Part shown: piece by piece, positions 10,711 through 21,295 of the stretch
Numbering within the stretch: the stretch's first letter is position 1
How the letters are laid out: every line of letters starts with the position of its first letter
Assembly (NCBI GenBank): GCA_050248855.1
Contig: JBFWRP010000016.1
Span: 1-64,000, forward strand
Reading direction: 5' to 3'
DNA length: 64,000 nucleotides
From: Planctomycetota bacterium
Lineage (GTDB): Bacteria; Planctomycetota; PLA2; JAEUHO01
Position numbers and translations under genes: made by a program
Notes under the pieces: generated by a model
What the model was told of the DNA's origin: nothing
What the model saw: only the letters and a program-made list of their open reading frames with translations
The model's database searches: none

Positions 10711-12759
10711 ATGCGCAAGCTGATCTGGACGCCTCTGGTCCTCGTGGGGCTGCTGGTCCACGTCCCGACGAACGCGTGGTCGCACGGCGGCCAGTTCAAG
10801 GCGCCGCCCGGTTACGTGGACCCCGGGCAGCGGCCCGCCGAGGACCCCACGCCGCCGCCCCCGCCGCCTCCCTCCGGGGGCCCGCCGACGACGGGTGGCG
10901 AGGACGAGGGCAAGCCGACGGGTGGCGGCCCGACGACCCCGCCTCCGGGTCGCACGCCCCCGCCGACGACCGGCGGCGGAAGCCTGGGCGGACCCACACG
11001 CGGCCGTTCGGCCACGCTGTCGCAGGACGACTGGGCCATCTGGTACGCCTACAACCGCGCCTCGATCGAGAACCTGAAGGAGGCCCTCTACGCCCGCGTC
11101 AGCAGCAACCCGCTGGCCGCGGTCGTGGGCGAGAGCGGGGGCAACCGCGACGATGCGACGCACGACGTGCGCAGCAAGATCAGCTCCGCGCTGATCCCGG
11201 CCATGTTGTGGGCGCTGGATCCCGTCAACGCGCGCGACCCCGACGTGGAGTCCGCGGCCGCCATCGGGCTGGCGAAGATGACGTCCGACCCGCTGCACAT
11301 CGAGCTGATCCAGAAGGGCCTCGAGTCCAAGCAGAAGCTCATGCGCGAGTCGGCGGCACTGGCGCTCGGCCTGTTGCGTCGCGCCAAGCCCGAGGACCAG
11401 TTCACGGGCAGCGACCTCGATCGCGTCCGCGAGACGCTGTTTGCCGTGCTCGGCGACGCCGAGCACGACGTGCGCACGCGCTGCTTCGCGGCGTTCGCCC
11501 TGGGTCTGCTGGGCGACCAGCCCTCGGGCCGTGCGGGGGCACCTCGCGGCGCCGAGCACACGGCCCGCCTGTTTGCCCATCTCGACCGCGAGGTGCCGAG
11601 CGACGAGATCACCGTCGCGGTCCTCACGGCCATCGGCCTGCAGGGCGCAGGCACGTTGGTGGATGACCAGCGCGAGGTGCTTCGCGACCTCGTGACGCGC
11701 GGTCGCCTGGCCAGCAAGAGCGCCCCCGATCACGTCTGCGCCGAGGCCGCCCGGGCCCTGGGCCAGGTGGGTGTCGACAGCGACGTGCGGCTCCTGGTGC
11801 GTGCGCTCACGAGCCGCCGGTCAGGCACCCTGACGGTGGCATCGGCAGCCATCGCCCTGGGTCGCTTGGCGCCGCTGCTCGACAGCGAGGGTCGCGTGGA
11901 CGTCGCCAAGGAGCTGATCAACGCCGTCCAGAAGCTGCGCAGCGGCTCGACGACGGGCTTCGCCCTGGTCAGCTTGGCGCGGATCGCCGTGGCCGACCTG
12001 CAAGCCGGCTCGACGGCCGTGCTGGGCAGCACGAAGCTGCCCAAGCTCTTGCTCGGCACCGCGGTGGACGGCCGCGTGCTGGAGCGCCCGTACGGTGCAC
12101 TGGCGCTGGGCTTGATCGCCGAGGAAATCGGCGAGACCCCGCGCACCGAGGCGGAGGGTGACTTCCGACACGATGCCGTGCGTGTGCTGCGCGAGGGCGC
12201 CATGTCCAAGCGCTTGTCGGCGCACGACCAGGCGGCCTACGCGATCGCACTGGGCATCGCACGGGACCAAGCGAGCGTGCCGCTCCTCGTCGAGGTGCTC
12301 GAGGACCGCCGCGGCGACGCCGAGAAGCAGGGCTACGCAGCCATCGCGCTGGGCCTCGTCGCCGAAGGCGGCTCCGTCGAGGGTCGCAAGCTTGTGCGTG
12401 GGCTGCTCGTGGAGACCCATGACGAAGAGCTCAAGGTGCAATGCGCGACGGCCCTCGGGCTGCTGCGCGACCGCGAGGCCCTCCCGGCGTTGCTCATGGG
12501 GCTCAAGGAGGCCGACACGCAATCGCTCAAGGGCCAGCTGGCCCTCGCCATCGCCCGGCTCGGCGACGGGCGGGCGATTCCCCCGCTGATCCAGGTGATG
12601 CAGGACCGGGGCGAGAAGGACCTGACGCGGGCGATCGTCACGGCGGCGCTCGGCGTGATCGGCGACATGGAGTGGATCCCGTCGCTGCACAGGATCACGC
12701 AGGACATCAACTACCTGTACATGAACGACAGCTGCCGCGAGATCGTCAGCATCCTCTGA
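10711..12759 (+). CDS. Secreted HEAT-repeat protein with Pro/Gly-rich linker
   Basis: Signal-peptide-like N terminus (MRKLIW..AWS/HGG), Pro-rich segment, many AAxALG helical repeats; GGAG RBS upstream. Confidence 0.8.
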   Translation: MRKLIWTPLVLVGLLVHVPTNAWSHGGQFKAPPGYVDPGQRPAEDPTPPPPPPPSGGPPTTGGEDEGKPTGGGPTTPPPGRTPPPTTGGGSLGGPTRGRSATLSQDDWAIWYAYNRASIENLKEALYARVSSNPLAAVVGESGGNRDDATHDVRSKISSALIPAMLWALDPVNARDPDVESAAAIGLAKMTSDPLHIELIQKGLESKQKLMRESAALALGLLRRAKPEDQFTGSDLDRVRETLFAVLGDAEHDVRTRCFAAFALGLLGDQPSGRAGAPRGAEHTARLFAHLDREVPSDEITVAVLTAIGLQGAGTLVDDQREVLRDLVTRGRLASKSAPDHVCAEAARALGQVGVDSDVRLLVRALTSRRSGTLTVASAAIALGRLAPLLDSEGRVDVAKELINAVQKLRSGSTTGFALVSLARIAVADLQAGSTAVLGSTKLPKLLLGTAVDGRVLERPYGALALGLIAEEIGETPRTEAEGDFRHDAVRVLREGAMSKRLSAHDQAAYAIALGIARDQASVPLLVEVLEDRRGDAEKQGYAAIALGLVAEGGSVEGRKLVRGLLVETHDEELKVQCATALGLLRDREALPALLMGLKEADTQSLKGQLALAIARLGDGRAIPPLIQVMQDRGEKDLTRAIVTAALGVIGDMEWIPSLHRITQDINYLYMNDSCREIVSIL

Positions 12760-12906
12760 TCGAAGTCAGCGGCCGGGAGGTCCGGCCGCGGGGGCCAGCC
12801 TGTCCGGCGGTTGCAGCGAGGCGCCGCCGATCGCAGCGGGCCCTCGAACCCGGGGGCGGGGAGGATTCGTCCTCCCCGCTCCGCTCTCTTCCAGGTGACC
12901 TCTGGT

Positions 12907-14685
12907 TCAGCGCGTGGCGGCGAGGGCCGCCTGCAGCAGCTCGCCGACGAGACGCGCGGTGTCGGCCCCGTGGAGCGTGGCGGCGGCCTCGTAGCCGCCC
13001 GCCTCGATCGTGTCCGGGTCGGCGAGGTAGGCGGCGCCACCGTTCGTGACGCCGAGAACCCACACGTCGTCCGCCGCGTGCCCCTCCGCGGACGCCGCCC
13101 ACGTCGCCCCGGCTTGGCGCGTGGCCTCCCCCGGTGTCCAGAGCCAGGCAAGCGTCTCCCCGCCGCCCACGTCGAAGCGCACGGCGCCTGCGGCGAGGGG
13201 CTCCCGGCCCACGACCTCCGCGAGCTGTACGCGCACCCCGACGGCCGGCGGGTCGATCGACCCCACGAAGCGCGCCTCGGGCACGAACAGCGACCACGCC
13301 GCGACATCGAGCGGGAGGAGCAACGCGTCGGCGACGATGTCGCCGACCGAGCCCGCGAGCAACGGACGGTCGGCGGCCGCGTGCAGCGCACTGCCCGAGC
13401 CCACGCCCGCGATCGCGCGCGGCGTGCCCATGTCGCGCTGCGCAAGTGCACACCGGATGGCGAGACGCCCGTGTCGCGGCGCGGCCCCGACGGCGTCGAG
13501 CAAGCCCGCCGTGGCGCGCTCGGCCAGCGCGAGCAGCCGCCCCTGACCGTGGGGCGCCGCGGGCGTGGGCGCCGGCGCCACGTCGCCGAAGGCCCCGTTG
13601 ACGAACAGCACGGGGACGCCGCCCAGCTCCTGGCCCAGGCGCGTCTCGATCGCGCCGGCGAGGTCGCGGTCAAAGCGCAGGTGGGTGCGGCGGAGCACCG
13701 TGGGATGCACGGCGGCGTGCACCACCGCGCCCTGCGGCCGCCCGTCGACGTCGGTCACGAGCAGCGCGCCCACGCGCTCCTGCGTGGCGGGCGCCGGCCC
13801 ACGTCCACGCCCCAGCGGACGGTCGGCCGGCAGCACGACCTGGGCCCAGGCGAGGGTCGCGGAGCGAAGGTCGTCGCGCGCGGCGCGCAGCGCCGCGACC
13901 GTGGCGGCCACGATCGCGTCCTCGACGCGCGGGTCGAAGTGGTCCGTCCCGACGACGGCCGCGAAGCGCTCGCGGCGGAAGCCCCCGGGCCCGCTGTGGG
14001 TATGCGTCGCGGCCAGCAGGAGGCGCTGCGCCACCACGCCCTCGGCGGCCAGCGCCGCCACCACGCGGGCGTGGAGGGTGCGACTGGTCGTCACGAGGTC
14101 GAGGGAGACCAGGGCGAACGGCGGGCCCCCCTCGGGCTGGAGCCAGAGCGCCCGCGCGCCGAGCGACTGCCCACGATCGGGGGCGGGCGGGTGGCGGTAG
14201 AGCGGGCGCCGTGGCTCACCATCGTCTCCGCGCCCCGCCATCCAGGCCTGGGTCAGGCCTCCGAGCCACCCGAGCCCCCCCAGGGCAGGCAGGGCCTGGC
14301 GCCGCGGCGGGCTGCCCCAGCCGGCAAGCGAGGCCGTGCGGGGCAGGTCGAAGGCGGCCTGTCCGAAGCCGGCTTGGAACGGCACCGTTGGCCGGGCCTC
14401 GTCGGCCGCCACGAGCTCGACCGGACCGGGCCCCTCCGTGGGCGTGCGCAGGACGCCCTGCCAGCTCCAGAACGCGATGTGGAGCAGCACGGCGAGGCGC
14501 AGGAGCCAACGGAGCGGCGGGCGCCGCCGCACGTACACCAGCAGCAGCTCGGCGACGACGGCGGCCACCACGGCCGCGACGAGCGCCGGCACGAGACCGA
14601 ACCCGGCAGCCGTCACCCAGCCGGCGACCCAGGCAGCGGCAAAGGGCACGACGCGGCGCGCGAGGAAGGCCAGGAGTCGCAGCAC
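12907..14685 (-). CDS. Membrane-anchored neutral/alkaline ceramidase-family hydrolase
   Basis: N-terminal TM helices; LVSLDL, AATHTHSGPG, AVHPTVL, FVNGAFGDVAP, PGEAT, GGYEA; start approximate. Confidence 0.7.
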   Translation of the reverse strand: MLRLLAFLARRVVPFAAAWVAGWVTAAGFGLVPALVAAVVAAVVAELLLVYVRRRPPLRWLLRLAVLLHIAFWSWQGVLRTPTEGPGPVELVAADEARPTVPFQAGFGQAAFDLPRTASLAGWGSPPRRQALPALGGLGWLGGLTQAWMAGRGDDGEPRRPLYRHPPAPDRGQSLGARALWLQPEGGPPFALVSLDLVTTSRTLHARVVAALAAEGVVAQRLLLAATHTHSGPGGFRRERFAAVVGTDHFDPRVEDAIVAATVAALRAARDDLRSATLAWAQVVLPADRPLGRGRGPAPATQERVGALLVTDVDGRPQGAVVHAAVHPTVLRRTHLRFDRDLAGAIETRLGQELGGVPVLFVNGAFGDVAPAPTPAAPHGQGRLLALAERATAGLLDAVGAAPRHGRLAIRCALAQRDMGTPRAIAGVGSGSALHAAADRPLLAGSVGDIVADALLLPLDVAAWSLFVPEARFVGSIDPPAVGVRVQLAEVVGREPLAAGAVRFDVGGGETLAWLWTPGEATRQAGATWAASAEGHAADDVWVLGVTNGGAAYLADPDTIEAGGYEAAATLHGADTARLVGELLQAALAATR

Positions 14686-14833
14686 GCGGCCATGGTGCCC
14701 GCGGCGAGCGCATCGGCCTCGGGTGGTCAAGGCGCGGCGTCGCGATTCCTTCCCCCCGCGTCCCGCACGGCTACCGTGCGGGGCTTGCCCCCGCCGGACC
14801 CACCCGGCGTCCCGAACCCGAAGGAGCCCTCCC

Positions 14834-15862
<1,029 letters not shown>

Positions 15863-15876
15863 GCGCCGCCGTTGCC

Positions 15877-16438
15877 GCGACCCCGGATGTTCCAGATCCC
15901 TTGCCGCGGAGCGGCACCGTGAGAGGTGCAGGAGGGGTACGGAATAGCCCTCCTGCTGCGGAGGCGAAGCCGGAGCACCGAGTCCGCGCGGGAGCGCGGA
16001 ACGTAAGCGAGAGCGTCGTCCCTCCACGGGCAACGCAAGGCACATCCGAGACTCGCCTCGTTGACCGAGGGAGCAACGTGGGCAAGGTGCCTGACACGCA
16101 GGGGGCGCGATCCGACGGCGAGCGAACGTCGCGACCCCGGATGTGTCTGGACCCTTGCCGCGGCGCCGCGCAGCGGCAACGTGGGCAAGGTGCCTGACAC
16201 GCAGGGGTCGCGGTCGCCGGCCGGCGGACGTCGCACTTCGGTGTCTGGTCGCTCAACGGTCGTTCCGCGCTACCGCGCGGATTCGGTGCTCCGGCTTCGC
16301 CTCCGCAGCAGGGGGGCTATTCCGTACCCCCCCTGCACCCCTCACGGTCCCCCCTGCACCCCTCACGGTCCCTCCTGCACCTCTTTCAGGGTGCACCACC
16401 CCTGCACCCCTCACGGGGTTCGGACACCTCCGCGCGCC
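15877..16438. repeat. REP-like repeat cluster with inverted module A pair, module B and 21-bp tandem units
   Basis: Module A forward 15919-16002 and reverse 16262-16345; module B reverse at about 16131-16211; reverse complement of the 21-mer repeated at about 16326-16416; lies between convergent genes. Confidence 0.9.
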
Positions 16439-18192
16439 TACCGTCGCTCGGCGCGAAGCTCCAGGTTGTCGGCGCCTCCAAACGGGACGATGGCGACGTG
16501 CTGCCCGTCCACGTAGATCTCGTACTGGGCGTCTGGGAGCCGCTGACCATGGCGAAGGGTCAGCACGAAGTGTCCCTTCTCGTCCGTCATGGAGAAGGCG
16601 TGCCCACCTGCGAGTGGCACATCGCGTGTCGCGCCATCCCCGTGGACGTAGACCCAAACGGGTCGCCACGCCAACGGTCTGCCACGAACATCGGTCACGC
16701 GTCCGCGCCACGTCGGGCGAGGTACCCGCCGTACCCGAATGACGTGCTCAACGTCGACATCAGCGAGCTTCGGTCGCCTGGGGCGTACCAACTCCAGCTG
16801 CATCAGCTCCGCGTGCACGACCTCCAGGAGCGCGCCGTCGTTGACCATTTCGAAGTGCCCGTCGGCATTGGTCACTGCACGGGCACGTGCGATAGCGCGG
16901 CGCGGCCCCCCCCGGCCCCGGTCCCAGTCGACGGCTTCTACGTCCACGTGGGACACAGGCGTGCCATCCTCCAGCTCGACGCGTCCGCGGATCCACGCGC
17001 GTCGTGCCATGGTGAGCTCGACGCTGCCGGGCTCGTCGGTCGGGACTCGAGCACTCGGACTGCCGCGCAGGAAGTAGCGCGCATCCGCCGTGCGAGCATC
17101 AAGCGTCCACCGTGCCCGCACTGGGAGACCGCGCAGCTCGAAGCGCCCGTTGGCATCCGTGACGACGTAGCGCTGGCGCCAAGGGCCGCCATGGAGCTGC
17201 GCGCCATCGTCCCAGCCTGGCCGTGCGGTGATGTACGCGTGCGGCACCGCCGCGCCGCCTGCATCGCGCGCGACCCCCGCGAGGTTGCCGAGGACGATAT
17301 CGGCGGCCGCTGGGGGACGTGGCTTCTCCGGCTCGGTCACACCGACCGCACGCTTGCGCAAGCTCTGGAACGGCACGTCAAGCCGATCGCTCCACGCATC
17401 CTCGTACCGAGACCACGTCCCGAGCCCGGGGATGTGCACGACGACGGCAACGACACCGCGTGGAACGCTCGAGAACCGTAGGTCACCCGCCGGGGTCAGC
17501 TGCTGCCACGGTGTGGACCACATCCAGCCGCTCGTGAAGAACGCATCGCGAAGGCAGGCTCGCAGCTGCGCCCACGCGGGGCGTCCCCGGGGTAGACCCG
17601 ACACGGAGCCTAGGAGCGGAGCCCCGCTCGGGATCGTCAGCCGGACGTCGTGCGGCCAGCTATCGAGCGGATCGGCTCCCGCCTCGGCGTGGGGCATGGC
17701 GGAGCGTCCGTCGCCTTCGACGACGACGTCGTAATGCCCCAACGGATCCAGGCCCTCCACGATGAACGACCCATCCACCTCCGTCAGGGCGCGTGCCGCC
17801 GGGGATTGGCCCTCGCTGATGGGCGGATCGCCCGGCGCCGGCTCATTCCAGCGGCCGCGCGCAGCCCGGGCTGACCACGCCGCCACGCGTACCTCCGACA
17901 CGGGCTCGCCGTTCGCATTCACCACTAGGCCTTGGATGCGTCCTACGGCGTCCCGAACGCCGTCCGCACCGGCCGGCTCTCCCCCCCAGCCCAGGTGGAG
18001 CAGGCAACCGCACGCGAGGCAGAGGAGGGCGCGCAGCCATGGCGATACGGCGCTCCCCCCGTCGAAGTCCGTGCGGCGTGCGGCCCAAGGCATGTCAGGG
18101 CCAACGTCGCGGGGGGACGGTGGTTCGAGCGCTGACGTCGGGCCGGCCCCGTGCGATCGACGCACGAGGAGGGAGTGCCTGAGCCGCGTCAT
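16438..18192 (-). CDS. Carboxypeptidase-regulatory-like (beta-sandwich) repeat protein
   Basis: Repeated G.V.(D/N)..G.PV and TD..G.F motifs; hydrophobic N-terminal segment; ATGA overlap with upstream gene; start uncertain. Confidence 0.7.
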   Translation of the reverse strand: MTRLRHSLLVRRSHGAGPTSALEPPSPRDVGPDMPWAARRTDFDGGSAVSPWLRALLCLACGCLLHLGWGGEPAGADGVRDAVGRIQGLVVNANGEPVSEVRVAAWSARAARGRWNEPAPGDPPISEGQSPAARALTEVDGSFIVEGLDPLGHYDVVVEGDGRSAMPHAEAGADPLDSWPHDVRLTIPSGAPLLGSVSGLPRGRPAWAQLRACLRDAFFTSGWMWSTPWQQLTPAGDLRFSSVPRGVVAVVVHIPGLGTWSRYEDAWSDRLDVPFQSLRKRAVGVTEPEKPRPPAAADIVLGNLAGVARDAGGAAVPHAYITARPGWDDGAQLHGGPWRQRYVVTDANGRFELRGLPVRARWTLDARTADARYFLRGSPSARVPTDEPGSVELTMARRAWIRGRVELEDGTPVSHVDVEAVDWDRGRGGPRRAIARARAVTNADGHFEMVNDGALLEVVHAELMQLELVRPRRPKLADVDVEHVIRVRRVPRPTWRGRVTDVRGRPLAWRPVWVYVHGDGATRDVPLAGGHAFSMTDEKGHFVLTLRHGQRLPDAQYEIYVDGQHVAIVPFGGADNLELRAERR

Positions 18193-20432
18193 CCGTCCGA
18201 TCGCAACGACACGGTGCAGGTTTCGCCGCCCTCGATCGCAAACGTCATGCGCTGCACGGGGCGCTCTGGCAGCTCGATGACGGCTTCATGGAGACCATCC
18301 GGAAGACCGTCGACGGTCAGTCGGCCGGCACGTGCGCGGAAGGCGCGTCCGTCCACGCGCACGGCGAAGTCGATGCCGGCGGACTCGGCCGTACCGACCA
18401 ACCGGAGATCAAGGCGCCCGCTCGGCACGCGAACCGACCATGGACCTTCGCCCTCGAGCGTCGCGACGACCGGCATGCCGGAGGTGTGAACCCGCACGAT
18501 GGTGCCCGCCCTCAGCAGGCCGGGCGCGTGCCAGGGATCCAGGAGCCGCCCATGCTCGTCAGGAAGGAGGGTCTCCTGCCGCGGTCCGTTCGTCAGCGTG
18601 ACCCGCAGGTCCCTGGCGTCTTGCCCGTGCACGGGGATCACGTCCAGGTGCGGTCGCCGCGCAAGCAGCGTGAGGGATCCGAGGTCCAGAGACGTCGCGC
18701 CACCCTCTCCGGCTACCGGGATGCGGATGAGGACGGGTTGGTAGCGGGTCTCGTTCTTCGGCCAAGCCACCAGCGTGAGATCCCTACCCGACAGGACGTA
18801 GGCGCGGGCCAGATGCGCGGCAGGTTGGTCGCCGTAGCACACTTCCGACCCCGAGAGCACGCGCTGCTCGTGCTCGCCGAGCCAGCCCTCGATCGGATCG
18901 CCTGCCTCGTCGTGGAGGCGCGCCGCGATCTCCACGGCGTGCGCGAGGGGAGGCCGCACGCGTGGGAGCTCGGCCTCGGGCCTCGTGACGGCGAGGTCGA
19001 TCGGCTGCACGTGGACGCGGCCGGGCTGGTCCACGCGGACGAACGCACGGCCCTCCCCGGGAACCCCGACCACGTGCTCGCCCGCCTCGTCGGTCTCGAA
19101 CACAACCTCGCGATCGATGACCACGCGCATCGTCGCTTCGCCGCCGGGATGGACGAGGACGAAAGAACGTGGACGCACCAGGGCGATCCCAAGTCGCGTC
19201 TCGGCCCCGTCGACGCGGACGCGTTGGCGCGTGCGGGCCAAGAGCGGACCACGCGTCCCTCCGGCGCAAACTTCCACCTCGTACGTGTCTGCCGGCAAGC
19301 GGAGGGCAGGGATCTCCTCAGCGCTGAAGGCGTCGTGCCAGGTCCAGCCGTCGCGCACGCGGCTGGCGACCACCGACAGGCCAAGGTCCTCGCGCTCGGC
19401 GTCGGACCAACCAGACACGTCCACGTCGACGAGCAGCTCGTGGTCGGGGAGCTCCGTGCGCTCCTCCCCGGGTTCCGGCAGGAGGATGGTGGCCTCCAAC
19501 CCAGGCAGTGGCACATGCCCGTACACGACGTCGTCCGGCGCCCCGGCAGGTCCGACGACGTACTCGGACGGTTCCACGCGGAACCGGGCACCGGGGCCGT
19601 AGGCAAGGCCGATCAGTCGGAAGCAGCCCTCGCCATCGGTCACGGCCCAGGGGCCGCGATGGCACTCGTTGGCCCCGACTCCGACGCCCGATGCCGGCCT
19701 GCCATCGGGGTGGACGACGCGCCCCACGACCGTCGTACCCCAGGCGAGCTCCATGACTCGCGGCAGCTCCCAGGGGCGCCACGCAGCATCGGTCACGTAC
19801 CACGATGCGAAGCCCTCCTTGACGGGCCAGATCTGGCCATAGCCTTCGTCTTGGACGCCGACCAAGCGCGCGGTGCCGGACGCGTCGGTCGTCGCCTGGA
19901 GCACGTCGGGTGCATGGCCGCATCCGAGCAGCCAGCCGAGCTCGACACCCTCGATGGGGCGATGGAGCGGATCGCGCAGGGTGACGCGGAGCTCGGAGGC
20001 GGGACGCAGCTCGACATCTGCGTCCGACGCCGTTCGATCCCCCCCGTACACCGCGTTGGGTCCGTAGCCGGGAGCTTCGACATAGGCCCACGTGGGATCG
20101 CCGCAGCGCTGCACCAGCTCGTCGTCCAGATCGGCGCGTCGAATGCGAACCCATCCGGCCGCGTCGGCCATGCCGGTGCCCGTCGCAGGCCTCGCGCCGG
20201 GGATGGGATGTGGCACCTCGGCGTACAGCTTGACGACGGCGTGGGCAATGGGTTCGGTCGTGGCTGCCGAGACTACGCGCTTGACGAAGACGTCGTTCTC
20301 CCCAACGTGCCAAGGAAGGGGCCCGTGGACCGCTTCGCCCTCGGCCTCGGCCAAGCCGATGCCGGGCACAGGCAGGACTGCCAAGCACGCGCTGGCGAAG
20401 CACGCCATCGGCCAGCTACGTCGACGCTTCAC
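18189..20432 (-). CDS. Secreted carboxypeptidase-regulatory-like domain protein
   Basis: Signal-peptide-like N terminus; GRVVHPDGRPASGV, TDASGTA and TDGEGCF motifs; GAGGAGG upstream. Confidence 0.7.
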   Translation of the reverse strand: MKRRRSWPMACFASACLAVLPVPGIGLAEAEGEAVHGPLPWHVGENDVFVKRVVSAATTEPIAHAVVKLYAEVPHPIPGARPATGTGMADAAGWVRIRRADLDDELVQRCGDPTWAYVEAPGYGPNAVYGGDRTASDADVELRPASELRVTLRDPLHRPIEGVELGWLLGCGHAPDVLQATTDASGTARLVGVQDEGYGQIWPVKEGFASWYVTDAAWRPWELPRVMELAWGTTVVGRVVHPDGRPASGVGVGANECHRGPWAVTDGEGCFRLIGLAYGPGARFRVEPSEYVVGPAGAPDDVVYGHVPLPGLEATILLPEPGEERTELPDHELLVDVDVSGWSDAEREDLGLSVVASRVRDGWTWHDAFSAEEIPALRLPADTYEVEVCAGGTRGPLLARTRQRVRVDGAETRLGIALVRPRSFVLVHPGGEATMRVVIDREVVFETDEAGEHVVGVPGEGRAFVRVDQPGRVHVQPIDLAVTRPEAELPRVRPPLAHAVEIAARLHDEAGDPIEGWLGEHEQRVLSGSEVCYGDQPAAHLARAYVLSGRDLTLVAWPKNETRYQPVLIRIPVAGEGGATSLDLGSLTLLARRPHLDVIPVHGQDARDLRVTLTNGPRQETLLPDEHGRLLDPWHAPGLLRAGTIVRVHTSGMPVVATLEGEGPWSVRVPSGRLDLRLVGTAESAGIDFAVRVDGRAFRARAGRLTVDGLPDGLHEAVIELPERPVQRMTFAIEGGETCTVSLRSDG

Positions 20433-20610
20433 CGGCTTCGACCTCCTCGCCCGGCCATGGAGCCACTCCCGCTTTTCTAACGCGCCGTGGGCACGCTTGA
20501 CGAGCGACCTTCGCGCATCCGACGCTTGGCGCGGGGTCTGGCTCCAAGCGAGCGACGCACTCCGGCGTCACTCCGCGTCCACGTTGCTTCGCTCCCAGAC
20601 ACGGGATCTG

Positions 20611-20813
20611 CAATGGAAGGTGCCTGAACTCCGGGCTCGGACAGGACAGCCACGCTTCCATGGGAGGGGGTGCCGCGCGCATCGAGACGCGGTACGGAGG
20701 CGGGGATTTCTTCCGCAACTTGCCGCCCTGCGCTTCGGCATACGGAAGTGCCCATCGGCAAGTTGCGGAAGAATTCCCCGCCTCCGTACGGGCTTTGCCG
20801 TCGGCATGAAGAA
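20611..20813. mobile_element. 203-bp non-coding inserted element (copy 1), flanked by CTG direct repeats
   Basis: Differs from 46608-46810 at 2 nt; CTG at 20608-20610 and 20814-20816; 34-bp inverted repeat 20692-20725/20756-20789. Confidence 0.7.
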
Positions 20814-20839
20814 CTGACACCTCCGCGCGCCGGACCGGG

Positions 20840-21295
20840 TCAACGGGCGGAGGGACGGGAGCCGAGGAGGAAAGAGCGGCTGGCGTCGACGTGGGCGCGA
20901 CCGGCGAGGGCCTGGCGGCCGATGAGCATGCGGTAGCCCATGCCGTGGCGGCTGGTGAGGTTGACCTCGACCGGGGCGACGCGGCCGCCCCAGGCCAAGA
21001 GCGTGCGGATCACGTAGCGCTCCTCCTCGTGGCCCGTCGAGGAGCGCACGATGCGGCGGTCGTGGAGGTCCGCGACGCAGGAGACGGCGATGCGCGTGGT
21101 GCGACGTCGCGGGTGCACGACGAAGCGCACGCGCTCGCGGCCCTCCTGCCGGAAGACGTGGACGTCCTCGGCGTGGAGCGACGACGTGCGGGCGCCCGTG
21201 TCGACCTTGGCCTGCAGGCGGGCGATGCCGAGCGCCGGCAGACCGATCCACTCGCGCCAGCCGACGACGAGCAGCGGCTCGCCGGACCCGCTCAC
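20840..21295 (-). CDS. RimK-associated 'ATP-dependent zinc protease' family (retropepsin-like) protein
   Basis: VGWREW, AKVDTGARTSSLHA, MGYRMLIGRQAL. Confidence 0.88.
   Translation of the reverse strand: MSGSGEPLLVVGWREWIGLPALGIARLQAKVDTGARTSSLHAEDVHVFRQEGRERVRFVVHPRRRTTRIAVSCVADLHDRRIVRSSTGHEEERYVIRTLLAWGGRVAPVEVNLTSRHGMGYRMLIGRQALAGRAHVDASRSFLLGSRPSAR

Noticed and set aside
20416..20820. ORFs in the 203-bp element as a mini-transposase or toxin
   Set aside because: No HUH, DDE or DEDD motif; lengths differ between copies (134 vs 86 aa); variation tracks the hairpin loop rather than codons
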